Part shown: piece after piece, positions 37,750 to 46,882 of the stretch
Numbering within the stretch: the stretch's first letter is position 1
How the letters are laid out: every line of letters begins with the position of its first letter
DNA from: a virus
DNA: 64,000 nucleotides
IMG/VR virus record: IMGVR_UViG_3300031952_000005
Coordinates: 32,001-96,000 of that record
Reading direction: 5' to 3' (one strand)
Position numbers and translations under genes: made by a program
The notes under the pieces: model-generated
Database searches by the model: none
What the model saw: only the letters and a program-made list of their open reading frames with translations
Told to the model about the DNA's origin: nothing

Positions 37750-40700
37750 TATCTTGGACTTATTAAATATTTATTATTCACAAATTTAAGAATCATTTTC
37801 TTATCTGCACTAACAGTTTTACGTAAAATTACTTTGTTACCATAGTGTCTGAACTTTTTATGTTCCAGTGGACTCTTTGCATAATTCAAATATGCAGCAT
37901 TTAAATCTTTATGATATCCATCTGGTTGTGTAATCCACATAGGTATTGTGTTACCAGTAAACTCTCCTCTGTCATTAGTAACATCATAAAACTGATTGAA
38001 TCTAAACTTGTTTTCTTCTTTACTAAATAGTATATCAATTGAATCTATGTTAACTACTGGATAGTTTAATAATGCAAATGGATTATTTTTTGGTTTTACA
38101 TTTAGTTTTAACAGTCCACTATTTTGTTCTGAGTTATAAATAATTGCTCTGTCAAAATTTACATCAAGAACATGATTAAAATCTTTACCATTATTATAAT
38201 ACTTATACGCATCAAGAGTGTACTCAAAATTTCTTAACGTGGTAATTGTATTTGGTGTAACAACAGGATACTCAACTTCCCATGGATAATCATCACCATA
38301 GTAATTTGCAAAACTATCTGTTCTTACATTGTGTCTCCAAATTTTTGTTACATCTTCCTCTTCTTCAACAAGTGTTTTAATAGTAAGAAAATGATTGTAA
38401 GATGGTATTAACCATTCAGGATGCCAGTCATGAAATGATAACCATATTTTTAGTTTTGGATCATAACTAATAGTCCATTCTATTTTTTCAAATGCTGCTG
38501 GATTATCAAATGTATATGTTGTAACTACATCATTAATGTTAGTATAAAAAGTATTGTTAAACTCATTATACTGCAATGCTTCTATAAGTGGTTTATAATC
38601 TTTTTTAGTAAAATATAATAAATCATATTGTGAATCAAATATTGCTTGTGCAGAAATACCTTCTATAACATTATCGTATAGTTTATAGTTTGGAAACTTT
38701 TTTAACAATGGTGATGGTAAGTTTTCTAAGAACCAGTACTTCATATCGTTTTTAGATATTTCATCTAGTACACTTCCTGTAAAATTAATTATCTTACCAG
38801 TTTTCTGAGAAACCCAGAATAATCCATAAGGTGTGTTAACTGCAGATTTACTAGATATACATGTACCATATTCAAATGCGTCATCTGCATTAACAAGTGA
38901 CTGCATGTTTTGCTGAAATAACCCTGCATCACCAATAGTATATTTTACACCACCTTGTGATTGGAAAGTATCAACACCCACAAATTGTGTTGGTTCAATA
39001 TCTTCAAACAAAATAACAGCACCTTGTGCGTTTAATGTTTTTATAACATTTACTTTTCCTTCAAAGTCTCTGTAGTTATTCTGTAAATAATTTCTCCAGT
39101 TGTCGCGTTTAAGTCCTTCTTGTTGTTGTAATGAATACACAACTCTCCTTGGGTAGTATTGGAAACAACTTGTATAGATGGCAGGATCATAGTCCCTTGG
39201 AAGTATATTTCCCCAGGAAGCAAAGTTGCTGTACAACTTGGATGCGCTAAGTGATAAGTCATATTCATAGTATATTGGTCTTGTTATTAAATCACTTCTG
39301 AACATAGTATCTAAATCAGTAAATGAGTTACCAACAGAATCATAAAACTTTTCCCATGGTTCTTCACCATAATCTCTAAATGCAACATTCAATTCTGATT
39401 CTGTAAAGAAATCTCTTACACCATTAAATGATAAGTACATCCATGCATTATAAAAACTAAGACTAAATGCTGGAATACTACTTGTGTTAACTCTACCACG
39501 CTCATCTAATTTATATAAATCTGCAGGAGTACCAAAATTAAATTCTGGAACAATTAATAATTTCCATGTAATTGAAATGTTAAAATCAGATGAATCGTAA
39601 AGAGATGAATCTAACCAGTAAGTTGGTATTGGTCCATTACGATAATTATCATAATTCCATTCTGTACCATTTGGCACGTCTATTAACCATGTATTGTAAA
39701 AATAATAAACATTTTTTTCAGTATATCTGTTAATATAAACGTCACCTCCTAATATTTGTGAAGTCGCATGTTGTCTATTTACAGTACCAATAGTATTATA
39801 TACACACGACTGCACAGGTATTTGAACAATAGCATGTAATTGACCATACTGATTTTCATAATCAACTTTTATGGCACCATAATATGATGCAACATTTCTA
39901 GTATAAATTTTTGAAATGCTACTTGGATCATCTAATAATGATTTTGATGAATCAATAGTATTTGTAAAGTTAATATCTGTTGTTGTTTGTAACGCAAGAA
40001 ATTTATTTCTATTAACATTGTTTATTCTTTGTATACTATTAAAATCTTGTAATCCAGAACCAACATATTTTGCTCCTTGTGGTACAACAGGTCTTGTAAT
40101 TGATGGTTGTAATGCGCTTGGAACATTTGTATTAACAACACCTGTAAAACTATTATAAAAAGCATGACTATTTAATTGTACAACATAATCTCTATATTTA
40201 ATAACACCATATAATATGTCTATTAATGACGCCAATGTTTGTGTAAATACACTATTAGCTGCTGCTGCTGCTGCCCAAACTGAACTAATTAATCCAACAG
40301 CTGCTCCAAGACCAACTGCGCCTGAAAATGCAGCATTTGCTGCTGTAACAAGTTTACTATTAGTAATTGTATCTACAATGTTACCAACTCCCCCTTGTGT
40401 TGTTGTAGAAAAAGTATTATCATAATTAATAACAGGATTTCTAGTAATCATATTGGTATCACCTAAATAAGTTCCAGTACCTGATACCCAAGGAAGACTG
40501 ATAGTAACCACATCTAATTCTCCTGAAGGTCCTGTTGTGTGTCCTGTAGTAGTAGATGATGTTGCTTGTTCTCCAAACAATGCTAAAACAGCAAGTCCTG
40601 TTGCATATGCTACAGAAGATGTAAATGCACCTTCGTTTATAAATTTAAATTTAGGATGTTGATAAGGTATTATACCATATATATTTGCATTACCAGTTTC

Positions 40701-43124
40701 TTCTGTATATAATTTTACATGACCTCCAGAACCCATGTATGGTCTTACTAAATTATTTTCAGGTGCATGAAATGAAAATATATTTTTTTGTACTTGTAAA
40801 TTATTTACTATAGTGTTAGTTAAACTGCAAGGAGCTTGATTTAAACATCTACCTGTTAAAAATGGATCGTCATTTACATCATTGTAAGGATAATTCTGAA
40901 ATAATCCTTTTTGTGATGTTGTATTTTGAAGATCATATTGTATCATGTTATTAAACATACCTTTTGCAAGAATGCTTCTATTTCCTTCGCGTGAACCACG
41001 TAAGATTTCATAACCTACAATATCTAAAATAGGATTACCACTAGTGTCAACAGGATGTGATATATTAGAAAACTCAACTCCTAGTATATTTATTTTATCA
41101 CCTGTTGTATTATGTATGTGAGTAGTTTCATTAGAAGGCATCTTGTGATGTCTAATAGGTTTATTACACAAATCTCCCCATATTTCTGGATGATTATTTG
41201 GATACAACTCAGTAGATTCCCAGTATGCCATGTTACCACGTAAGTTGACAATACCACCATCTATTCTAGCGTAATTTGGCATACTTGTTATTGTAGAAGT
41301 ATCATATACTTGCCATGTTTTTCTACGTGTCTGATCAATTAAATCAGGATTAGTTATAGGTAATAATGCAAGATCACTTGTAACTGCTTCTCTACCAGGT
41401 ATATGAAATGATGCAGATCTTGCACCTGTTTTATATACCCATCTGATAAAGAAAGGATAAACTTCATCTCTATAATAACCAACTTCATGACCACCATCCC
41501 AGTAGTAACTTGCAGGATATTCTATAGACACCCAGTTACATTCTATCTGATTTGCTAGTGGTTGATAATTAAAAAATGGTTGAGTAGTTACACTTGAGCG
41601 TATCAAGTATCCACTTACATTAAACATTTTTTCACTTTTCTCATATATAACTTTTTTAATAGGTATAAGAGAAAGATCTACAGTAATAAGAGATGCATTA
41701 TATAAATCTAAATGTACATTTGTTTGATTAATAGAATAGTATCCAATTTTCTTTGCAACAGATTGTTGATTAATAGTAGCAATAATAACCAGTTCATATT
41801 CTTCAAAATTCTGATCAAGATTGTCTAATGTTATATTAATTGAACCACCCATTCCAGTGTGATCCCATAATGTCTGTGCATTACTAGGCATACTATAATC
41901 AGTAAGTTTAACACCGTTCTCAGAATATGCAATAACTGCTTGATAAGAACCATTGTTTAATTGCCCACTACCTTTTGATTTACGTACTGTGACACATGGT
42001 TGTTCAACTAATGGATGTAATCTTAACTCATCACAATCTAATCTATCTGTACATATTTTTTCACCACATGCATCAGGATCAGGAATTGTTTGGTTTACTT
42101 CTTTACATATTGTACCAGCAGCAGAAACAGAATAACCATCTGCCATATTATCAATATCAATACTTCCTTCTAATGCACATATAGTAACACTTTGTCCATA
42201 GTCCATGCTTAATACTTGCAGAATATTACCATCAACATCTGTATAATAAATACCAGTATCTATAACAGGCATAGGTGGTGTTTCAGGTGTAACAACAGGA
42301 CAATTTACTGTATAATCCCACTCAGTACCAGTTGGTCCTGTGATTCTTATGTAACAAGTAGAAGTTGTTGAAAACTTATTAAATGTTAGTGACCCTGCTC
42401 CTGATACTGGTCCACCTGTTGTAACTGTTGGAGGATCTATTGCTGGATTAGCATCAAACCATATATCCATTCTATCTGTTATAGTATACATTTCATAATT
42501 TACAGTCACGACACCATACATTTCTCCAAGTGAATGTATAGTATTTGTAACACCTGGACCCCCAGAATTAGTTGCAACTCCACAAGGATTTGCAGAACTT
42601 GCTCTAGCAACAGTATAATTATTCCATGTTTTATTTACGTCTACAGTTTTTATAGAACATATATATGGAATTTTATTTGGATCCAGATTTAATACTCTAT
42701 CTGGATTTCTATTATCTTGCCAGTATGCAGAATAAGAACAATCATAATTTTCTTTAACTGCTCCTGTAATTAAATTATAAGTACTAAAATTTAAACAAGT
42801 ATCTCTAATAAGTTTTGTATATGAACAAGTAGACTCATCAAATATTCCTATTTCTGATGTACTATTATCTGTACTATATACTACCCATTCAGTTTTAAGT
42901 TTATTTATAATACCTATTACTGTAAATGGAAAAGTAGCACATTCCAAATTTGACTGCTCATTACTGATTGTACCTACCTCACCATTATGAGCGTTGTTAA
43001 TTGCATTAATTGCATTTGTCCAAACACCTTCAGGTATATATACATCAGTAGTATCCTTTAACATTCCTTTTGAGAATGCGTTAATCAATTGTGGAGTTCC
43101 TGTATTTTTAGTTTGTTCTGCCAT
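37749..43124 (-). CDS. Tail stabilization / muzzle protein (crAss-like Tstab, P22 gp10-like), 1791 aa
   Basis: N-terminal FSKGMLKD...NAIN...G.I.NE.SN, YYRDEVYPFFI, GGDVYINRY and WTISYDP...WLSFHDW motifs; beta-rich; follows the tail tubular genes. Confidence 0.75.
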   Translation of the reverse strand: MAEQTKNTGTPQLINAFSKGMLKDTTDVYIPEGVWTNAINAINNAHNGEVGTISNEQSNLECATFPFTVIGIINKLKTEWVVYSTDNSTSEIGIFDESTCSYTKLIRDTCLNFSTYNLITGAVKENYDCSYSAYWQDNRNPDRVLNLDPNKIPYICSIKTVDVNKTWNNYTVARASSANPCGVATNSGGPGVTNTIHSLGEMYGVVTVNYEMYTITDRMDIWFDANPAIDPPTVTTGGPVSGAGSLTFNKFSTTSTCYIRITGPTGTEWDYTVNCPVVTPETPPMPVIDTGIYYTDVDGNILQVLSMDYGQSVTICALEGSIDIDNMADGYSVSAAGTICKEVNQTIPDPDACGEKICTDRLDCDELRLHPLVEQPCVTVRKSKGSGQLNNGSYQAVIAYSENGVKLTDYSMPSNAQTLWDHTGMGGSINITLDNLDQNFEEYELVIIATINQQSVAKKIGYYSINQTNVHLDLYNASLITVDLSLIPIKKVIYEKSEKMFNVSGYLIRSSVTTQPFFNYQPLANQIECNWVSIEYPASYYWDGGHEVGYYRDEVYPFFIRWVYKTGARSASFHIPGREAVTSDLALLPITNPDLIDQTRRKTWQVYDTSTITSMPNYARIDGGIVNLRGNMAYWESTELYPNNHPEIWGDLCNKPIRHHKMPSNETTHIHNTTGDKINILGVEFSNISHPVDTSGNPILDIVGYEILRGSREGNRSILAKGMFNNMIQYDLQNTTSQKGLFQNYPYNDVNDDPFLTGRCLNQAPCSLTNTIVNNLQVQKNIFSFHAPENNLVRPYMGSGGHVKLYTEETGNANIYGIIPYQHPKFKFINEGAFTSSVAYATGLAVLALFGEQATSSTTTGHTTGPSGELDVVTISLPWVSGTGTYLGDTNMITRNPVINYDNTFSTTTQGGVGNIVDTITNSKLVTAANAAFSGAVGLGAAVGLISSVWAAAAAANSVFTQTLASLIDILYGVIKYRDYVVQLNSHAFYNSFTGVVNTNVPSALQPSITRPVVPQGAKYVGSGLQDFNSIQRINNVNRNKFLALQTTTDINFTNTIDSSKSLLDDPSSISKIYTRNVASYYGAIKVDYENQYGQLHAIVQIPVQSCVYNTIGTVNRQHATSQILGGDVYINRYTEKNVYYFYNTWLIDVPNGTEWNYDNYRNGPIPTYWLDSSLYDSSDFNISITWKLLIVPEFNFGTPADLYKLDERGRVNTSSIPAFSLSFYNAWMYLSFNGVRDFFTESELNVAFRDYGEEPWEKFYDSVGNSFTDLDTMFRSDLITRPIYYEYDLSLSASKLYSNFASWGNILPRDYDPAIYTSCFQYYPRRVVYSLQQQEGLKRDNWRNYLQNNYRDFEGKVNVIKTLNAQGAVILFEDIEPTQFVGVDTFQSQGGVKYTIGDAGLFQQNMQSLVNADDAFEYGTCISSKSAVNTPYGLFWVSQKTGKIINFTGSVLDEISKNDMKYWFLENLPSPLLKKFPNYKLYDNVIEGISAQAIFDSQYDLLYFTKKDYKPLIEALQYNEFNNTFYTNINDVVTTYTFDNPAAFEKIEWTISYDPKLKIWLSFHDWHPEWLIPSYNHFLTIKTLVEEEEDVTKIWRHNVRTDSFANYYGDDYPWEVEYPVVTPNTITTLRNFEYTLDAYKYYNNGKDFNHVLDVNFDRAIIYNSEQNSGLLKLNVKPKNNPFALLNYPVVNIDSIDILFSKEENKFRFNQFYDVTNDRGEFTGNTIPMWITQPDGYHKDLNAAYLNYAKSPLEHKKFRHYGNKVILRKTVSADKKMILKFVNNKYLISPR

Positions 43125-43127
43125 GTC

Positions 43128-44231
43128 TTAGTACATATAACTTTTAAACATGTCATAATAATTATGATATTGTGCTCTTCTGTTCAAATCATGAAGTCTT
43201 CTCATTTCTGCAAAGTCAGGAGTATTAACAAATGACAATGCGTTTGCACGTGCACCACGCAGCTTCTGATCCATTAACTGCATATGATTGGATACATTCT
43301 CTCCACTCATAAATAAGTTCTCGTAAATGCGTTGTTTTATAGCGTATTCATAATACTCGTTACAGTATGGATGATCAAGAACTAATAAATTACCATCATC
43401 ATCTTCCATAAGTGATTGATAGTTGATAAAAATTACTCCTTCATCAAAATTAGTATGCATAAATCCATTTTTAATATATGCGTCATATCTACCTCTTGTG
43501 TTTACATTAAAACAATCATCAGAAACAGATACTGATTTTTGCATTCTTAAAGGAATTAAAGTTTTACTATCAGTTCTTCTACCATTTGTTACGTAATGCA
43601 CACGAGGTGTTCCATCAGCAGTACAGTCTAATAACGCAGGACAACTTCCTGAACCAGTACCCATAGTACTTATTTTAGCACCCATTATAATTACTTTTAC
43701 ATTAGGTATAGTTACTATTGAAGTTGAAAATAAACTAATGTTCTCAGAATCAATAATATTAATATCAAAATCTAGTGCAATACCATCACTATCAAATGCT
43801 TGTACAATAATATTTTGTGTATGCAACTGATGGTTAATAATGTTAGAACCTATTAAAATATCAACTATTGTTGTAGACTGGTTAACAAACTTATCTGCTA
43901 AAAAGTTTTGAGCAAGACTGACACCTTCTAATATACCTTCAGTATATGTTTTATTGTAACTAGGTATTTCTTCAGTGTAATGTTCTTCACAAACTAAACC
44001 AAAATTTAATACATAAAAGTCTTGAGGAAGTTTTCCTTTTCCTTTGTGTATTTCAATTGCTTTACTACGTGCTTGATTGATGCGCAATCCTAAATCATAA
44101 TTTACACGCATTGCAACTTTAATAAGTTGTTGTGGTGCAATTAATCCTTCAAGATCCCATGTGTATAAATCAATTTTTACACTGTCTAGTAAATCATCGA
44201 ATGTTCTATATTGAGGTTCAGTTAATGCCAT
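43128..44231 (-). CDS. Tail tubular / ring protein (crAss-like Ttub, P22 gp4-like), 367 aa
   Basis: KGKLPQDFY, YIKNGFMHTNFDEGVIFINY...DDDGNLLVLD motifs; sits immediately upstream of the muzzle gene. Confidence 0.65.
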   Translation of the reverse strand: MALTEPQYRTFDDLLDSVKIDLYTWDLEGLIAPQQLIKVAMRVNYDLGLRINQARSKAIEIHKGKGKLPQDFYVLNFGLVCEEHYTEEIPSYNKTYTEGILEGVSLAQNFLADKFVNQSTTIVDILIGSNIINHQLHTQNIIVQAFDSDGIALDFDINIIDSENISLFSTSIVTIPNVKVIIMGAKISTMGTGSGSCPALLDCTADGTPRVHYVTNGRRTDSKTLIPLRMQKSVSVSDDCFNVNTRGRYDAYIKNGFMHTNFDEGVIFINYQSLMEDDDGNLLVLDHPYCNEYYEYAIKQRIYENLFMSGENVSNHMQLMDQKLRGARANALSFVNTPDFAEMRRLHDLNRRAQYHNYYDMFKSYMY

Positions 44232-44239
44232 TGTAATTA

Positions 44240-44911
44240 TTAATTAATTATGTTTCTATTATCTTGTTGTGGATCTGATGGTACTGCCATCATTGCACCA
44301 AGATCTTTTATTACATTTTGTTCTATTTCTGAATATAAGTATTCTGGAATAGCAAAATTCTTATCTTGTATATAAATACAATCATCTGTAGTATCACAAT
44401 TGTAACCACTTATATCACCTTCAAATACACCTTCAATTCTTACAGCATCCCATACAGTATTTGGAAAATAAATATGTCCATCTGAATACCAGTAGTATTT
44501 CTTTTTATTATACTTAAATGTCTTTTGATTAGACATTTTTTCAAATGTGTTAGGATAAGTAGGTGATACTTCTTCTGACAAATCTAATGAAGTAACACTT
44601 CTAAAAATAGGTCCCCAGTGTCCTTCCATCATATTGGGTAATTTATTTTTTGTACGTTTAAAAGTACAACCAGATGTAATACAATGACATTGAGATTCAG
44701 CGCGATCTATTTCGATTAACTCTACATAATTTAGAACTTGAAATACACTGTTGAATTTCATTATTCTATTCTGTATGTCTTGTCTACGCACAAGCATTTT
44801 AGCATGCTTCATTACCATAGAATATAAAAATCTATCAGTAAGGAACGCATCCTGCTTAACTGCTTTTATTTGATTACGTACTCTTGATAGTACTTCACCT
44901 ATTGTTATCAT
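44240..44911 (-). CDS. Putative tail ring / connector protein, 223 aa
   Basis: TIGEVLSRVRNQIK...D..LTDRFLY, KRTKNKLP, YYWYSDGHIYFPN; gene-order position in the tail module. Confidence 0.55.
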   Translation of the reverse strand: MITIGEVLSRVRNQIKAVKQDAFLTDRFLYSMVMKHAKMLVRRQDIQNRIMKFNSVFQVLNYVELIEIDRAESQCHCITSGCTFKRTKNKLPNMMEGHWGPIFRSVTSLDLSEEVSPTYPNTFEKMSNQKTFKYNKKKYYWYSDGHIYFPNTVWDAVRIEGVFEGDISGYNCDTTDDCIYIQDKNFAIPEYLYSEIEQNVIKDLGAMMAVPSDPQQDNRNIIN

Positions 44912-44919
44912 AATCTTAT

Positions 44920-45492
44920 TTATATATCGAACTCATCATAGTATTTAAGTTCATCTTGTTCTTGTTCTTTTTTATCAAGTTTATAATTATTTGATTTATA
45001 AATATTTGATATTTTTACTCTTGGATCTACTTGTAAATACTTCTTCCAGTTTTCTGGATAAGTAGCACTTACTGTTCTACTAAACTCACGCGTTGAATTA
45101 AACGCCCACAACTCATGATTCTTAAATCTGTACTTACTACCAAAAGTAGTAAAAAAGATTTTTGCAAGATACTGATCACTTTCAAAATTTCTATGTTGTA
45201 CAGTACTTATGTATTCTTCACTTGCTTTAAAATCAATGTTTTTCTTTTTTGGTGGAGGACATGTTCCTACAAACAAATGTCCAATTTGTTCTGGTAGTTC
45301 AACACCATCACGTTTGTTAATTACAGTTTTCCACATGTTTTCATTAAACTTACTTACTATCAATTTGATTTGCTCATTGGTCAAATCTACTGATGAAGGA
45401 ACCTTTTCTTTTAATGATTTTATAAAATCTGTATTCAATGTACCTTCTGTCATTTTTCTGAATCGAGGTGCATTTAAGTTTGGTTTATTCAT
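44920..45492 (-). CDS. HU/IHF-like DNA-binding protein, 190 aa
   Basis: Helix-helix then GVELPEQIGHLFV beta-arm pattern; crAss-like phages carry IHF-like genes at this position. Confidence 0.5.
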   Translation of the reverse strand: MNKPNLNAPRFRKMTEGTLNTDFIKSLKEKVPSSVDLTNEQIKLIVSKFNENMWKTVINKRDGVELPEQIGHLFVGTCPPPKKKNIDFKASEEYISTVQHRNFESDQYLAKIFFTTFGSKYRFKNHELWAFNSTREFSRTVSATYPENWKKYLQVDPRVKISNIYKSNNYKLDKKEQEQDELKYYDEFDI

Positions 45493-45500
45493 GAGTTATA

Positions 45501-45516
45501 TACATTAAGAATTTAC
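45501..45516 (-). promoter_or_regulatory. Putative phage late-promoter motif GTAAATTCTTAATGTA
   Basis: Intergenic, 8 nt upstream of the ATG at 45492; matches the other copies. Confidence 0.55.
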
Positions 45517-45555
45517 TAAAAAATATGAACATATTAAAGGATTTACCTAATTATC

Positions 45556-46824
45556 TTATACTGAATAAGTAAACTCAGATATAAGTCCTTTGTTTATTTC
45601 GTGTATGTGTATTATTGCAGACCTTTGATTTCCAGTCCATTTGTTATGATAATGATAATAATCTGAAGATGTAAGCGCAGGAATAATACGTGTAACAAAT
45701 CCTTGTTCTTCATTCTCAGTAATTACTTCTTTTGTTTTTCTACCATGATAGTGTCCTGTGTATAGCATTCTATGTTCAGAGTTACCCCATTCTGTAGAAA
45801 ATTCTACTGCATATACTAATGGATTATTTTTAGATGATACATCACCATGTTCAACAGCAATCATGTTTTTACCATACATAATGACTTTGCGTTCTGCATA
45901 CTCTACGTTAAATGTAATATCAGTATCTTTTTTAAATACTTGTGATGATGCATGGATCATATGATATGAAGATAGTCTATCGTGATTACCTGGTATAAAC
46001 ACAACCTCTAAGTTCTCACAAAACTGTTTAAGTTTATCAACAGCGTTACATACTGCGTCAAACGCTTTTAAATATGCTTTAGTTGCCACTTCTGAGTTTT
46101 CAACAGGTGTTCCTTTTGTAGTAGTACCATCAAAAGTATCCATGTTAAGTGTATCAGGTCCTATTATTAATATAATTTTATCTAAATGATAATTTCTGTA
46201 TGCTTTACCAACAAGATATGTAAGTGCAATATCCATTACTTCTGCCATGTTTTCATTACCTGGTTTACCAAAATGTAAATCTTGTAATGAAATAACCCCG
46301 CACACTTTCTCAGTTGATACTGAATTTAAATGTACAGGGTTTACTTTAGGAAAAACAGGTAACTTATAAGTTAATAGTTCTTGTAGAAATGATTTTTGTG
46401 CGATTAGTTCAGTAGGCAATCTTGTTATTAGTGCAGATACTAACCATTTGTTATTTTGTTCCTTATTCCAGAACTGAGACAACTTCCATTTTGTAGTATC
46501 AATACTTAGTAAAGCAATAATTTCATCAGGTGTTTTTGGTTCTGTACTTGATATACCAGTAATCTTACTAGTACCTGTTTCAAGATTTTGATGAACTTCT
46601 GTTACTTTTGAATTTGTTTCTTTTTGTGGAAACAACTTATTGTCAATACTATGAAAAAAAGAATCATCCATCACTTCATCATCAGACATGTTTTTTATTA
46701 CATCTAATGTTTCTTTTTTAATAAACATGTATTCATGTAGTGATAACTCTAATCTGTCTGCTTCTTTTTGATTTGAATTTTTTCTTGTTAATCCTTGGTA
46801 AATTAATTTACTAATTAATTTCAT
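45556..46824 (-). CDS. Calcineurin-like metallophosphoesterase (start more likely ATG 46824 than TTG 46848)
   Basis: Five metal-binding motifs: QDLHFG, GPDTLNMD, PGNHD, EHGD, TGHYH. Confidence 0.85.
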   Translation of the reverse strand: MKLISKLIYQGLTRKNSNQKEADRLELSLHEYMFIKKETLDVIKNMSDDEVMDDSFFHSIDNKLFPQKETNSKVTEVHQNLETGTSKITGISSTEPKTPDEIIALLSIDTTKWKLSQFWNKEQNNKWLVSALITRLPTELIAQKSFLQELLTYKLPVFPKVNPVHLNSVSTEKVCGVISLQDLHFGKPGNENMAEVMDIALTYLVGKAYRNYHLDKIILIIGPDTLNMDTFDGTTTKGTPVENSEVATKAYLKAFDAVCNAVDKLKQFCENLEVVFIPGNHDRLSSYHMIHASSQVFKKDTDITFNVEYAERKVIMYGKNMIAVEHGDVSSKNNPLVYAVEFSTEWGNSEHRMLYTGHYHGRKTKEVITENEEQGFVTRIIPALTSSDYYHYHNKWTGNQRSAIIHIHEINKGLISEFTYSV

Positions 46825-46845
46825 GTTTGAACATTTTGAGTTATA

Positions 46846-46853
46846 CAAATATA
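46846..46853 (-). promoter_or_regulatory. Possible Bacteroidota housekeeping -7 element (TATATTTG = TAnnTTTG)
   Basis: Match 22-29 nt upstream of ATG 46824; the -33 TTTG element is not clearly present. Confidence 0.3.
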
Positions 46854-46882
46854 TTATTAAAATAAAAAACTACATAAAATAT

